From assembly GCF_009914755.1 (NCBI RefSeq), contig NC_060935.1: a stretch of DNA of 64,000 nt; one strand, written 5' to 3'. Numbering within the stretch: the first letter of the stretch is position 1; each line of letters opens with the position of its first letter. The notes below the pieces were generated by a model that saw nothing but the letters and a program-made list of their open reading frames with translations, was not told the DNA's origin and did not search any database. The translations under genes and the position numbers were made by a program. This document shows, piece after piece, positions 18,033 to 40,061 of the stretch. The DNA is from the human T2T-CHM13v2.0 reference genome, Homo sapiens.

Positions 18033-18977
18033 TGATACAGAAGGGAAGTGCTCAGAAGGGAAGAATATGGTCCCTTTAAATGATATGGAAGTGAGGAAGG
18101 GAAGTACTGGGTAGAGGAGGGTGTGGTCCCTGGCTAGGGCTCCACCCGAGGCCTGTGCCCACGGACCTAGGTGAGGACAGACATTTTTGTTTTCCTGCCC
18201 AAATGTTGCATTTCCCAAGACCACCCTGGCTGCCACACCCCCATTCTGTGCCTATAAAAACACTGAGACCCTAGCAGGCAGACACACAGGCAGCTGAACT
18301 TCGAGAGGAGCACATCAGCGGAGGAACACAAGGGTGCTGAACGTCAAGAGGAACTCACCAATGGGCACTGGCACACTGCAGGCCACTGACTGGAAGAACA
18401 ACGCAGAGTTTGGCTGGGAGAGTCGGAGAAGAGTCAGGCCACTCACCCGACTCCAGGGGTAAACCACTCACCCGACTCCAGGGGTAAACCATCTCCCTTC
18501 TGACTCCCCCATCTGCTGAGAGATACTTCCACTCAATCAAACCTTGCACTTTCACGCCTGTAATCACAGCACTTTGGGAGGCCGAGGTGGGCAGATCACG
18601 AGGTCAGGAGATCCAGACCATCCTGGCTAACACAGTGAAACCCCATCTCTACTAAAAATGCAAAAAAATTAGCCCGGCGTGGTGGCGGGCACCTGTAGTC
18701 CCAGCTACTCAGGAGGCTGAGGCAGGAGAATGGCGTGAACCCAGGAGGCGGAGGTTGCAGTGAGCTGAGATCGCACCACTTCCGGTACACCAAGGCAAGA
18801 ACCCCAGGACAAAGAGAGCCCTCTGTCCTTGCAATAAGGCGGGGGTCTAATTAAGCCGACTAACACAAGCTACCTACAGACAGCTAAACTAAAAGAGCAC
18901 TCTGTAACACACGCCCACTGGGGCTTCAACTATAAACATTCACCCCTGGACACTGCCATGGGGCTCCCTGCCTGTCT
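18033..18977 (+). mobile_element. ERV1 LTR (LTR28/LTR27/MER52-like), 3'-truncated, inserted into an Alu head (17992-18031); contains a tail-less Alu at 18552-18780
   Basis: TGATACAGAAGGGAAG start, GTCCCTGGCTAGGGCTCCACCC, CCTATAAAAA TATA; 25-bp tandem duplication 18439-18488. Confidence 0.65.
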
Positions 18978-19724
18978 CACTGTGGCCTCGTACCACATTA
19001 GAATTTGGTCTGGAAATCAAGTTATGGGAACAAGAAATCATAAGCCATATTATACTATTAACCTAAATTCCAATCTGACAATTTCTTTGCAAAGTTGTGT
19101 AAAACCCCCTTATATGCTAGTTGTAGGAAACATAGCTATTAAACCAGATTCCCAAACTATAACCTGTGAAAATTGTAGATTGTTTACTTGCATTGATTCA
19201 ACTTTTGATTGGCAGCATGGTATTCTGTTAGTAAGGGCAAGAGAAGGCGTGTGGATCCCTGTGTCCATGGATCGACGGTGGGATGCTTCTCCATCCATAC
19301 ATATCTTAACAGAAGTATTAAAAGGAGTTCTAACTAGATCTAAAAGATTCATTTTTACTTTGATTGCAGTGATTATGGGTCTTATTGCAGTCACAGATAC
19401 TGCTGGGCCTGCTGGAATTGCTTTACACTCCTCTGTTCAAACTGCACAATATGTGAATAATTGGCAAAAGAATTCCTCAAAATTGTGGAATTCTCAGACT
19501 CAAATAGATTAAAAATTGGCAAATCAAATTAATGATCTTAGACAAACTGTTATTTGGATGGGAGATAGGCTCATGAGCTTGGAATATCTTTTTCAGTTAC
19601 AGTGTGACTGGAATACGTCAGATTTTTGTATTATACCTCGACCCTATAATGAATCTGAACATCACTGGGACATGGTTAGACGCCGTCTACAAGGAAGAGA
19701 AGATAATCTTACCTTAGATATTTC
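18978..19724 (+). pseudogene. env: HERV-K(HML-2) env fragment (SU C-terminus, furin site, TM N-terminus)
   Basis: [46 protein letters not shown] fusion peptide, [23 protein letters not shown]; single stop TAA 19510-19512. Confidence 0.92.
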
Positions 19725-21844
19725 TTTGGGTTTAGCAACTCACAGCTCTCAACTATGACATAATATTACTTCTGTGGTCAAAACACTTAGACCTGGATTT
19801 CACAGGATTCTTGTGCTTGCCTGGCTGCTAGGGAAGTTTTCATCATCTTCCTTATCTCAAGGTTCAAAACCCAGGGCCTCCATGCTCTTGCTATGGAGGC
19901 CGTTCACTGGCTGGAGGCGTCTGGGAATGTTCTCCTTTTCTGTCATTTTTCTTATTCGTGGTTTTTTGTCTCATTGGTGTTTATCTGCAGAACTTTGTTT
20001 CCTTCTGCTCAATTCATAATCAGAGTGCTTTTCCTTCTGGCTGAATTCCTAAGTGTTTGTGCAAAAAGAGGTTGGCGCAGAGCCAGGCGACTGACGACAC
20101 CCGGCTCATCTGGCAAGTGGATATCAAATTGTTGTATCTCGTTCTGCCATTCACAGCTCCTGCTGTGGGGCTGGGTCATCTGCCAGCTCTCTAAGGAGCT
20201 GGCGGGAAACCGCTGCAATCAGAGCGAACCCAAGGCCCGGGTCAGCCCGCCTCGGCACAGCACTCCAGCTGGCCCCCAGTGCCTTTTGGGGACACATCTC
20301 CATTGCCAGGCAGGGCTGTGGGAGGGCCACCTGCCTCCTGTCCATCACAGGGAAAACCTACCCTTATCCCGCGTCCCTTCCAGGCAGGCTGTGTGGGGAT
20401 TGCTGCATTCACCTTTAATATGGCTAAAATGTTTTCCTTCAATGACAGTAATGCTGCCAGAACCCATCAAGACACCCAGGAACTGATGTGCCTTGGCAGA
20501 TGATGCTGGAAAGATGGGATTCCCAGCAGCCTTTGCATCTGTTGTTCACAGCCCACGAGCATCTCCACTGTCCAGCAGGTCAGGGCACGGTCTCTCTCTC
20601 TCTCTCTCACTCATAGCCTCTCTCACTCTCTCTCATGGTCTCTCTCTCTCATAGTCTCTCTCACGGTCAGGGCAGAAAGAGAGAGAGTCCATCTGGAGCA
20701 GACTCGGATTTTTAATGAGTGTCCCTGATAATTTAACATGATCGATGGCCGAGGTATTTCACCAAGCTCAGGAGTCCCAGTTCTCAGAGAGAGGCAGCCA
20801 GCCATGACTGTAAGACCTGGGCACACCGTACAAACCAGACAGCAGGTCTCACCCCTCCCCAGAGAGCTTCAGAGAGTATCAAAGAATGAAACAGCAGAGG
20901 GATGGTCTGGGTGGGGTCATCGTGGCTGACAAGGGTCTGTGACAGCACCTTGTTAGGCTACTCCCAAGAGGAAATTTGGAGAGAGGGTGGGAGGGCAGCT
21001 CTCAGTGCAAGCTAAGTCTCATGGAAAGTTACTTCCAAATTTTGGAGGATTGTGAGCAAGATGGGACCAGCAACTTCTACCTAAAAGAATGTTCATAGCA
21101 AGATAACTCATCCTAATATTGGTCCAAGCTGGGTCTTTATTATGCATCATAAAGGCTCTGAGAATAACAATGTAACCTCCAAAAGGGTTGCAGCCTTTGA
21201 GGAATCTCAGGCAACTCGCTTCCTTCTGCTCAGTGACTCCCCTGGAGCACAGCAAAGCAAGGAAACACTTAGAGCCAAGCTTGAGTTCTGAATTTCAAAT
21301 ACAGGGAGTCCATCTCTTTCTACCCAATTGTTCCCTAGAATCAGTAACTAAGTCCTTCCCCTTAACTGCACGTACTTCCTACCAAAGCACAAGCGCAATG
21401 GGCTGTCCATGAGCCTCCCCCAAACATGTGCTCCTTGTGACATAAATTCTGTCAGCCAAAGAGACCAGACAAAATGTAAAACCAAAGTGAAGGCTTTCCC
21501 TGAATTATAGATTCTAAAGAGTTTTGGACCCTCTACAAAACCCAAGAGTTAGGCATTGCCTGTAAGAAGCACCAGCTCTTGTTTTAAAGAGGCATTTAAG
21601 AATAATAGCCATGCTGATGTCACACTACGCTAAGGGAGAATAATGAACCTAATAAAACTAGCAATTTTCCAATTGCTTTTGCTGCTGGAAACACTGATTA
21701 TGCTAACTAAAGGGTAGAATAGTAAATAGCCACTCTTTTACATCCAATTAAGTGTTCAGATTATTTCTCAGAAGTATTTGTTGAAAATAGCACTTCTGAT
21801 AATCATGGGTCCCAAATAAACAGAGTCAAGTGTGGTGTGGTACA

Positions 21845-21845
21845 T

Positions 21846-21876
<31 letters not shown>
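21845..21876. repeat. (TG)n microsatellite
   Basis: Direct sequence. Confidence 0.9.
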
Positions 21877-22109
21877 CGCACATGTCTTTCTGGAGCTCAT
21901 TTTATGGAGATCCAGCATAGCTCCCCAAATTCCTATGAGACCAAATAAGTAAAATCACAATTTCCTAAGACTACAGCTTGGGATATCTTTGGAAAAGTTG
22001 TGTATTGACAACACAGCATATGGAAACTATTTCACGTTGGCAATATCAGTGATTTAACATTGCAAACATTAGAAATACAACTGGTTCTTCAGAGCCACCT
22101 AAGTCCCTC

Positions 22110-22809
22110 TGTAGGGGTGGGTTGCCCCTACACACCCACAAAGGATTAAGTGCTGTGCTTTTAGATATGCATACACATAAACATCTCAATGTTTTACAAA
22201 GCAGTATTGCTGCCCGCAGGTCCCACCTCCAGCCCTAAGGCGGTTTTTCCCTATCTCAGTAGATGGAGCATACAATCGGGTTTTATACCGAGACATTCCA
22301 TTGCCCAGGGACAGGCAGGAGACAGATGCCTTCCTCTTGTCTCAACTGCAAGAGGCATTCCTTCCTCTTTTACTAATCCTCCTCAGCACAGACCCTTTAC
22401 GGGTGTCGGGCTGGGGGATGGTCAGGTCTTTCCCTTCCTATGAGGCCATATTTCAGACTATCACATGGGGAGAAACCTTGGACAACACCTGGCTTTCCTA
22501 GGCAGAGGTCCCTGCGGCCTTCCGCAGTTTTTGTGTCCCTGGGTACTTGAGATTAGGGAGTGGTGATGACTCTTAAGGAGCATGCTGCCTTCAAGCATCT
22601 GTTTAACAAAGCACATCTTGCACCGCCCTTAATCCATTTAACTCTGAGTTGACACAGCACATGTTTCAGAGAGCACGGGGTTGGGGGTAAGGTCACAGAA
22701 TCTCAAGGCAGAAGAATTTTTCTTAGTACATAACAAAATGGAGTCTCCTATGTCTACTTCTTTCTACACAGACACAGTAACAATCTGATCTCTCTTGCTT
22801 TTCCCCACA
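22110..22809 (-). mobile_element. LTR5_Hs (HML-2) solo LTR with internal deletion
   Basis: Minus strand starts TGTGGGGAAAAGCAAGAGAGATCAG, ends GGGGCAACCCACCCCTACA; TSD CCCTC at 22105-22109 and 22810-22814; 700 bp long. Confidence 0.9.
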
Positions 22810-23151
22810 CCCTCATAATGGCAATATTAGTTTCTTCTAAATAATAAATTAGCCAGTCAGACTATGTTCTAGAGCATGTTAGAAGTTTCATCCTTCTAGT
22901 CAATGTCACAGTTCAAGGCAAAGTCGATTTATATGTAAGTTAAACAAAGTGCTGTCACTAAAAATTGAGAATTATGTCTAATGCCAATCAGAAATGGAAT
23001 AAATAAGTGTTAGAGGATTTGCAAGTGAAAGCAACCATAGAAATGCTATCATCAGGAAGGAAAATGTATTACCTGCAGAGGTTACAGATAAGACGCTAGA
23101 ACCCAGAAGAGAAAGAATCTCTGTAAATATTTCCATTAAGTTAATCAAGAG

Positions 23152-23463
23152 TGGCTGGGTACGGTGGCTCATGCCTGTAATCCCAGGACTTTGGGAGGCC
23201 AAAGCGGGTGGATCACGAGGTCAGGAGTTCGAGACCAGCCTGGCCAACATGGTGAAACCCTGTCTCTGTTAAAAATACAAGAAATTAGCCGGGCGTGGTG
23301 GTATACACCTGTAATACCAGCTACATAGGAGGCTGAGGCAGGAGAATTGCTTTAATCCAGAAGGCAGAGGCTGCAGCTAGGTGAGTTCACACCATTGCAC
23401 TCCAGCCTGGGTAACAGATCACGACTCCAATTTGAAAAAAAAAGAAAGAAAGAAAGAAAGAAA
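23152..23463 (+). mobile_element. Alu
   Basis: Alu consensus, (AAAG)n tail. Confidence 0.88.
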
Positions 23464-24775
23464 GTAATCAGGATGAGAATAGGTTGAGTTTTCCACCCAC
23501 AAAGGGAGATGAGATTCATGCATTCTTTCAACATGCATTCCATCAATAGTGAGCACCTGCTCTGAGCTAGGCCTGTTCTAGGTCCCAGGAAATGGGTAAC
23601 CAACCAGACATGGCCCCTGATTTGGAGCTCACATTTTAGAGCAGCTAAATGGACAATAAACAAGTAAGCAAATTAAGATCATCTTAAATTTGGGGAAGTT
23701 CTTTAGAGAAGCACTTCCATAAAGCTGAATTGCAACATAGACTATGACTGCCAGGTGGTAGGGAAGGTAATATCTCACCTGCTTGTGGATAGCAGAGCTT
23801 CTGAGGCCTTGCAAAGTATTTAGTACTAAGATTTCTGTCTTAGGTCAAGTTCCCTAAAAGCAGAACCTGAGGCAGGGATTGAGTGCATGTAATTCATTCA
23901 GGAAGAACTCTCAGGAGATAGGAGTAAGGAAAACAGGATATGACAGGGAAGGAGCTAAGTGAGATGTGGTCTCAGCTGGACACCAGCTCCAGTCTGATCT
24001 CACAGGGAGCTCCAGAGGATGAACTGCACCACCATATTATCCCAGCCTAAGGTCTTTTGTTCTCCTGTGTCAGCCGGTCCCTGGCCAAGGGCTGCAGACT
24101 CTCTTGGGGCCCCAGCAGACTGGAGGAGAAGGAACATGGTCTGCGGTCTACTCTTTTGTGCATACCCACCCACCTCTTCCCCAGCTGACACTGCTGGAGG
24201 AGGAGAGGGAGAAATGTCATCTCCTCCTATGGCAACCTGTGGGATAGCAATGGCCCTTTTCCTGTTGGGTGTAATCTGCTGCCATCTCTTGCTGTCTGCA
24301 GCCTGACACAGAAGGGTGAAGGTCACCAGGTTCCACTGATAGGGGTCTTTGTCTCAAGCAGCAACCCTAGGACCGAGGGTCCCTTGCAAGATTCAGCCAC
24401 ATTTCATGACTGTCTGCAAGACGCCCCATGCCTCTGATGGAAGGAACGCAGTGCCCCATGCTGCACCCATTTCTTCCAGACTGGGGTCCCTGATCTCAAT
24501 TTCCCTCTGCAGTCCCCAACTCTGGGGTCTGCAGACACATTTCAGATCCATCCTTATTACCTCCCAGGAGGCAGAAGCCAGAGGAAATAATCCTTGCCCC
24601 AATCCACCTGACCATGCCACATCTTTCTCCTTCTCCAGGAAAAATCAAGCTTGTTGAATACTTACCAATGTGCCCACATGCATTTAGTCCCCACAACCAC
24701 TTCATGGGGCAGCATTATCATCCCCAAGTTACAGATGAGGAAACTGAGGAGAGCATTTATATAACATGCCTCTAA

Positions 24776-25185
<410 letters not shown>

Positions 25186-25636
25186 CCAGAGCACACTTTT
25201 AACCACCATATCATTCCGCCTCTGGGTATGTCAATCAAGCTCTGTAGCTGATCAGATGTCTGTAGAGAGAAGGAGACATCAGTCTCCCCTTCTTCCAAAC
25301 ACACCCAAATTTCACAAGTGATTTTCTCAGATCCCTCAGCATCAGGAATGGGGATGAGCAGTGCAGCCTGTCCTCTTCCCAACAGCCCAGCAGATATCCC
25401 AAGATTACATCTCATTGGCTCTGACTAGGACATGAGCCCAAAGCTGAACCGGTTGCTGTAGCCATGGCATGCAGCATCCTCAGTCCTCTGGCCAGGCCAG
25501 AGCCACATCCCACCTCTGGATCCTCGAGTTGAGCCAATACATCTTGAACCAGGCATGGACTGAAGCTCAAGGGGGAGTCAGAGTAATGTGACCCAGCCCA
25601 CCATGTAGTGGGTGCTGAGCAGGCAAGCATTCATCA

Positions 25637-26660
<1,024 letters not shown>

Positions 26661-27018
26661 AGATTCACCAACAACAACTCAGAAATTACTGTCTCCCTCT
26701 ATTCTAAGGAATTATTTTTCATTTTGCCATCTCTAAAGTTGGAATACACCTTACAATCATTGGAATGTCACAGTCTCGTTGGCAGCATTTTTCTGCTTAG
26801 TAGCCCATAAAATAATAGCACATCTTGTAACTAACAGTGTTGTAGATGCTATGAGATCCTGGGGAAGCCCAGAATCTAACTCCACTCTGTCTGACCCCAA
26901 AGACCACATATTTTCTATGTCTTTGGACTGGGGCACAGATGTAGACAACTCGAGCTTTGCTGATTGTGAGAAAGGTATGAGAAATGGCCCTGAAGGAATT
27001 TTCTTCTTGTACTTGCAG

Positions 27019-27643
27019 TGGAACAAAGCATCATCACCCCACTATTCCAGGGGAGGTGCTAAATACGAGGGTGAGGCTGTCAAGCGGTGCCTGGTGGAGT
27101 CCTACACTCACCCAAACAGCAACGAGACAGAGCGGAGGGAGAACATCGATACCGTCATGAACTGGTTCACCAAGGAAGACTTTGACATTGTGACTCTGTG
27201 CTACAGAGAGCCAGATAACGTGAGACATCGATTCAGGCCAGAGGCAGAGAACAGGAAGTTGATGATTCAGCAACTCGACAGGACCATCGGGTATCTGGTG
27301 GGAGCCACTGAGAAGCACAGCCTGCAGAGCACCTCAGCGTCATCATCACATGAGACCATGGGATGACCACCGTGAAGAAGAGACCCAATGTCAACAAGAT
27401 CCCTTGTCCAACTACATCAAGTTCAGAGACTTGGTCAAGTTTGATATTGTGGGCTACGGTGGCTTTGGGCTGCCCCTACCCAAATTGGGGCAAGCGGAAG
27501 CCCTTTACCAGGCACTGAAGAATGCGCACCCTCACCTCCACGTCTACAAGAAGGAGGAGTTTCCAGAACACTTCCATCTCGCTAAACATGACCAAGTTCT
27601 GCCAATCGTGATGTATGCCAACTCTAGTTTCAGTATCAATGGG
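27019..27643 (+). pseudogene. ENPP7P: ENPP7-like (alkaline sphingomyelinase/NPP) pseudogene, large catalytic exon
   Basis: Acceptor TTGCAG 27018; NETERRENIDTVMNWFT..EPD..H.F.PE, IIT*DHGMTTV, ALKNAHPHLHVYKKEEFPEHFH; frameshifts; donor degraded to ATAAGT. Confidence 0.88.
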
Positions 27644-27672
27644 ATAAGTTCATTCTAAAATGAATAAAGTCA

Positions 27673-28150
<478 letters not shown>

Positions 28151-28292
28151 AATAAGTAAACACACTACGAGTTGTAGTCCACAGGGTCCTAAATGTTCCC
28201 CACCCCCCGCCCAACCAATGCTGCCCCAAATTACCATTATACAAGATTAATGACCAATTCAACTGGACAAGGCTGATTTAAAAATAAAAATA

Positions 28293-28612
28293 AGGCTGGC
28301 CATGGTGGTTCACACCTGTAATCTCAGTGCTTTGGGAGGTAAAGACAGGAGGATTGCTTAAGGCCAGGGGTTCAAGACCAGCCCGGGCAACATAGGGAGA
28401 CCCCATCTCTACAAAAAAAAAACAAATAAATAAATAGCCAGACATGGCTATGCATGCCTGTAGTCCCAGCTACTCAGGAGGCTGAGGTGGCAGGATTTCT
28501 TGAGCCCAGGAGGTCAAGGCTGCAGTAAGCTGTGATCGCACCACTGCACTCCAGCTTGAACAACAGAGTAAGACCCCGTCTCTAAAAAATAAATAAACAA
28601 ATAATAAAAAAT
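28293..28612 (+). mobile_element. Alu (J-type)
   Basis: Alu consensus. Confidence 0.85.
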
Positions 28613-28785
28613 AAACACCAACTTCATTATTCAAAATTGTGCATAGCACTTCACTAAACATTGAATAGCAGTTCTTTCATTTTGCCTTCCCAACAACCCT
28701 ATAAAATAGATGCTCTTAGTTCCACCATTTTAAAGAAGAAATCAAAACCTAGAGAGAAGTGACTTGAGATTAAAAATGTAAGGTT

Positions 28786-30933
28786 GGGCTGGGTGCAGCG
28801 GCTCACACCTGTAATCCCAGCACTTTAGAAGGCTAAGGTAGGTAGATTGCTTGAGCCCAGGAGTTTGAGACCAGCCTAGGCAACATAGTGAAACACCAAC
28901 TCTACAAAAAATGCAAAAAAATGTAGCTGGGCGTAGTGGCACGTGCCTGTGGTCCCAGCAACTCAGGAGGCTGAGGTGGGAGAATTGCTTGAGCCCAGGA
29001 GTGTTGAGGCTGCAGTGAGCCATGATCATGCCACTGTGAGATAGGAGGCAGGACTTGACTCCACAGGCAGGGCTTGGACACCAGAACAATTGAGGACTAG
29101 CTAAAACAGGGCTGGGGCAGAAGCAGCTTTCCATCAGACATGCCCACCAGTGTGCCATGTGAGTTTACTATTGCCATGGTAACACCCGGGAGTTACTGCT
29201 CCTTTCCATGGCAATGACCCAATGACTCAAAAGTTACTACCAATTTTCTAGAAATTCCTGCATAAACTGCCGTTTAATCTGCATGTAATTAAAAGTGGGT
29301 ATAAATGTGATTGCAAACTCTCTGCCGCTACTCTCTGCCTCCAGGGTAGCCCTGCCCTACAGGAGAAGTCACAGGGCTGTAACGCTGCCTCTTCAATAAA
29401 GCTGTCTTCTTCTATACCTCCAGCTTGCCCTTGAATTCTTTCCTGGGCAAAGGCAAGAACCCTCATGTGCTATTGAGAGGTGACAGCGTTCTGGCAGCCC
29501 TGGAGCTCACTCTCGACACCTCCTCTGCCTGGGCTCCCAATTTGGCAGCACTTGAGGAACCCTTCAGCCCACCGCTGTACTGTGGGAGCCCATTCCTGGG
29601 ATGGCCGAGGCTGGAGCCGACTCCCTCAGCTTGCGGGGAGGTGTAGAGGGAGAGGCGCGGTTGGGAACCGGGGCTGGGTGCGACGCTTGTGAGCCAGCGC
29701 GAATGCCAGATGGGCATGGGCTTGGTGGGCCCCGCACTCAGAGCGGCCAGTCGACCCCGCTGACCCTGAGTAGTGAGGGGCTTAGCACCTGGGCCAGCAG
29801 ATGCTGTGCTCGATTTCTTACCGGGCCTTAGCTTCCTCTCCACAAGGCAGGGCTCGGGACCTGCAGCGCGCCATGCCTGAGCCTCCCCTCCACCCGCCGT
29901 GGGATCCTGCGCAGCCCGAGCCTCCCCAGTAAGCACCGCCCCCTGCTCCACTGCGCCCAGTCCCATCAACCACCTAAGGGCTGAGGAGTGCTGGCACTGG
30001 GCGCGGGACTGGCAGGTAGCTCCACCTGCGGCCCCAGTGCAGGATCCACTTGGTGAAGCCAGCTGGGCTCCTGAGTCTGGTGGGGACTTGGAGAACCTTT
30101 ATGTCTAGCTGAGGGATTGTAAATACACCAATCGGCACTCTGTATCTAGCTCAAGGTTTGTAAACACACCAATCAGCACCCTGTGTCTAGCTCAGCGTTT
30201 GTGAATGCACCAATGGACACTCTCTATCTAGCTAATGTAGTAGGGACTTGGAGAACTTTTGTGTCTATCTCAGGGATTGTAAACGCACCAATCAGCACCC
30301 TGTCAAAACGGACTAATCAGCTCTCTGTAAAGCAGACCAATTGGCTCTCTGTAAAATGGACCAATCAGCAGGATGTGGGTGGGGCAAGATAAGATAATAA
30401 AAGCAAGCTGTCCCAGCCAGCAGTGGCAACCCACTGGGTTCCCTTTCCACACTGTGGCAGCTTTGTTCTTTTGCTCTTTGCAATAAATCTTGCTGCTGCT
30501 GACACTTTGGGTCCACACTGCCTTTATGAGCTGTAACACTCACCTTGAAGGTCTACAGCTTCACTCCTGAAGCCAGTGAGACTATGAACCCACTGGGAGG
30601 AAGAAACAACTCCAGACACGCAGCCTTAAGAGCTGTAGCACTCACCTTGAAGGTCTGCAGCTTCATCCCTGAAGCCAGCGAGACCAGGAGCCCACCAGAA
30701 GGAAGAAACTCTGAACATATCCGAGCATCAGAAGGAAAAAACTCCGGACACGCCGCCTTTAAGAACTAGGACGCTCACCGCGAGGGTCCGTGGCTTCATT
30801 CTTGAAGTCAGTGAGACCAAGAACCCACCAGTTCCAGAAACACTATGCTCCGCTTGGGGGCTCCCCTGCCCTGTATCAACTGCGCTCTGGCCTGGGTGGC
30901 AGAGAGAGAAACACTATCTTAAAAAAAAGAAAG
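28786..30933 (+). mobile_element. AluJ split by MER41-like LTR (29037-30878), itself split by LTR12
   Basis: Alu resumes after TSD ACTG (29033-29036 and 30879-30882); Alu TSD AAATGTAAGGTT. Confidence 0.82.
29474..30842 (+). mobile_element. LTR12C/D solo LTR (ERV9)
   Basis: TGAGAGGTGACAGCG start, CpG-rich U3, repeated CACCAATCAGCAC (CCAAT) units, ends GAACCCACCAGTTCCAGAAACA; TSD CTAT. Confidence 0.9.
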
Positions 30934-31039
30934 AAATGTAAGGTTAAGTGCTGCCCCCAAGCCTGCGTGGGTGATCATTATACAGAGTACACAAAGATCA
31001 CCAAAAAATTCACCACAAAGGCCTCCCGCCACTAGTTCT

Positions 31040-31935
<896 letters not shown>

Positions 31936-31951
31936 TAAAAAGCAGCTTTAA

Positions 31952-34408
<2,457 letters not shown>

Positions 34409-35019
34409 CAGTTGCAATTGATATTACTTTATCATTTGAAAAGAGGGACAGGCAAGAAAGGTATTTGGCATTTACCAAGCAATTACCCAGAATCCTCATC
34501 CCATCCTACCCCCACCCTTCCCCTAAAAATGTATGTATGTGTATTTATGCCATAAAAAATACATCTATTTGGCTCTGGAACCAGATTGCTTGGGTTCCAT
34601 TACTGATCTAGCATTTTCTCCTGTTGACTCAGTGCAGACAAGCTCTGTAACTCAGTTTCCCCAGCTGTAAAATGGGGAATGGCGCCTTTACTGGGCTGCC
34701 ACGAGGGTAAAGGAGGGAACGTACATTTATGAAGCATTCAGAACAATTCATGACACATAGTAAGCTCTATATATTTGAGCTTATTATTACTGTCAGTACG
34801 ATTATCATCATCTTGCTGTTTCCAATGGGTACGCTTTCTACATTCTCTTTCTTAAAGACCTTTAAATCCTTGGTATTCTCTCCACCACCACAGAGAGCAG
34901 TGTTCTTGTAGTTTAAATTCTCAAAGACTTCATGGATCCAACAAGCATGACATTAACTAAGGGACAGTTTTCTTTCAGTGGATTGAATCTAAAATGGCTT
35001 TATTGTTATTATTTTTCAG

Positions 35020-35253
35020 AGAATTAAAATGTGTTTCAACAAAGGCAGCCATGGCTTTGATAATGTCCTCATGGATATGAAGACATTCAGAGCTTTCGGG
35101 CCAGATTTCAAGAGGAATGGCCTGGCCGAGCCTTTTAACGACATCCACATCTACCCATTCATGTGTAAGCTCCTGGGAGTCACCCCCAAACCCACAACGG
35201 CTCCCTGGCAGTCACCCAGGAAATGCTCGTGAACTCTTACGACCAGCAGCCAG
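35020..35253 (+). pseudogene. ENPP7P: ENPP7-like pseudogene exon
   Basis: TTTTTCAG acceptor, CAG/GTGAG donor; FNKGSHGFDN..DMKT-FRAFGPDFK..EPF..IHIYPFMCKLLGVTP..NGSL, the NPP HGFDN motif. Confidence 0.9.
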
Positions 35254-35888
35254 GTGAGACACAAAAGCAGCTGCCAGAAAACTGTCAGCAGAGTCTGCTC
35301 TGTCCTGAGATAGAAAAGAAACAAAAAGTGGTCTCATGGTGGGGAGGAGGGAATTCAAGCAGAACAATCCTGATTCCCAGCAGCTTTGGAGCCCTAGGAA
35401 CAAGATGTCAACAGCTCCAAACAGATAGCACGGGAGGTAGGGAATCCCTCGACCTGCTGGTAACATTTGACATAGTGCCTTTTAGGCAAAGGGAAGGTGC
35501 TCTATAGAGAAAGTCGGGCTGTAATCCTTCCGGTCCTAAGGAAATCACTGTGTACAGTCTGCCCCCAAGATGCCCCTTCCAGATATGGAAATCAGCCCTC
35601 CTTCAATAGCACAGAAAGCTCTTCATAGGGGAGGAGAAATACCCTGTTCACTCGATGCTGAAAAAAGGAGAGGGGAGAGTCTGAAACGAGACTGCAAATT
35701 CTCAAGACTTCAAACCCCTTCAATCTGGGTAATACAAAGGAAGAATAAAATCATCTCAGAATTTGCTGTTGCCTTCTTTAGTGGGTTGTTTACAAACACT
35801 GGCTATCTTTCCTTTTGCCGGGAGAGACTTGGATACTGTCCAGTGATCTAACGAGCGCTTAAAGCAATTACATGCAAAAAGGTGTAAT

Positions 35889-40061
<4,173 letters not shown>

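Noticed and set aside
19774-20503. 197-aa ORF and overlapping ORFs after the env fragment
   Set aside because: No recognisable domain or splice structure on either strand; probably non-coding unique sequence.
18978-22809. HML-2 env fragment and LTR5_Hs as one provirus
   Set aside because: They are on opposite strands with 2.4 kb of unrelated DNA between them, and the LTR has its own TSD.
24019-24306. ORF ending in signal-peptide-like MATCGIAMALFLLGVICC as a possible ENPP7-like exon 1
   Set aside because: No following SFDGFRW or catalytic Thr motif; the 5' exons are probably outside the window.
26779-27366. 195-aa ORF as an intact ENPP protein
   Set aside because: The N-terminal part is intron/MIR sequence, and the exon has frameshifts, a stop in the TSDHG motif and a broken donor.
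29463-30769. GC-rich ORFs up to 168 aa
   Set aside because: They lie within LTR12 U3/R; chance ORFs in GC-rich DNA.
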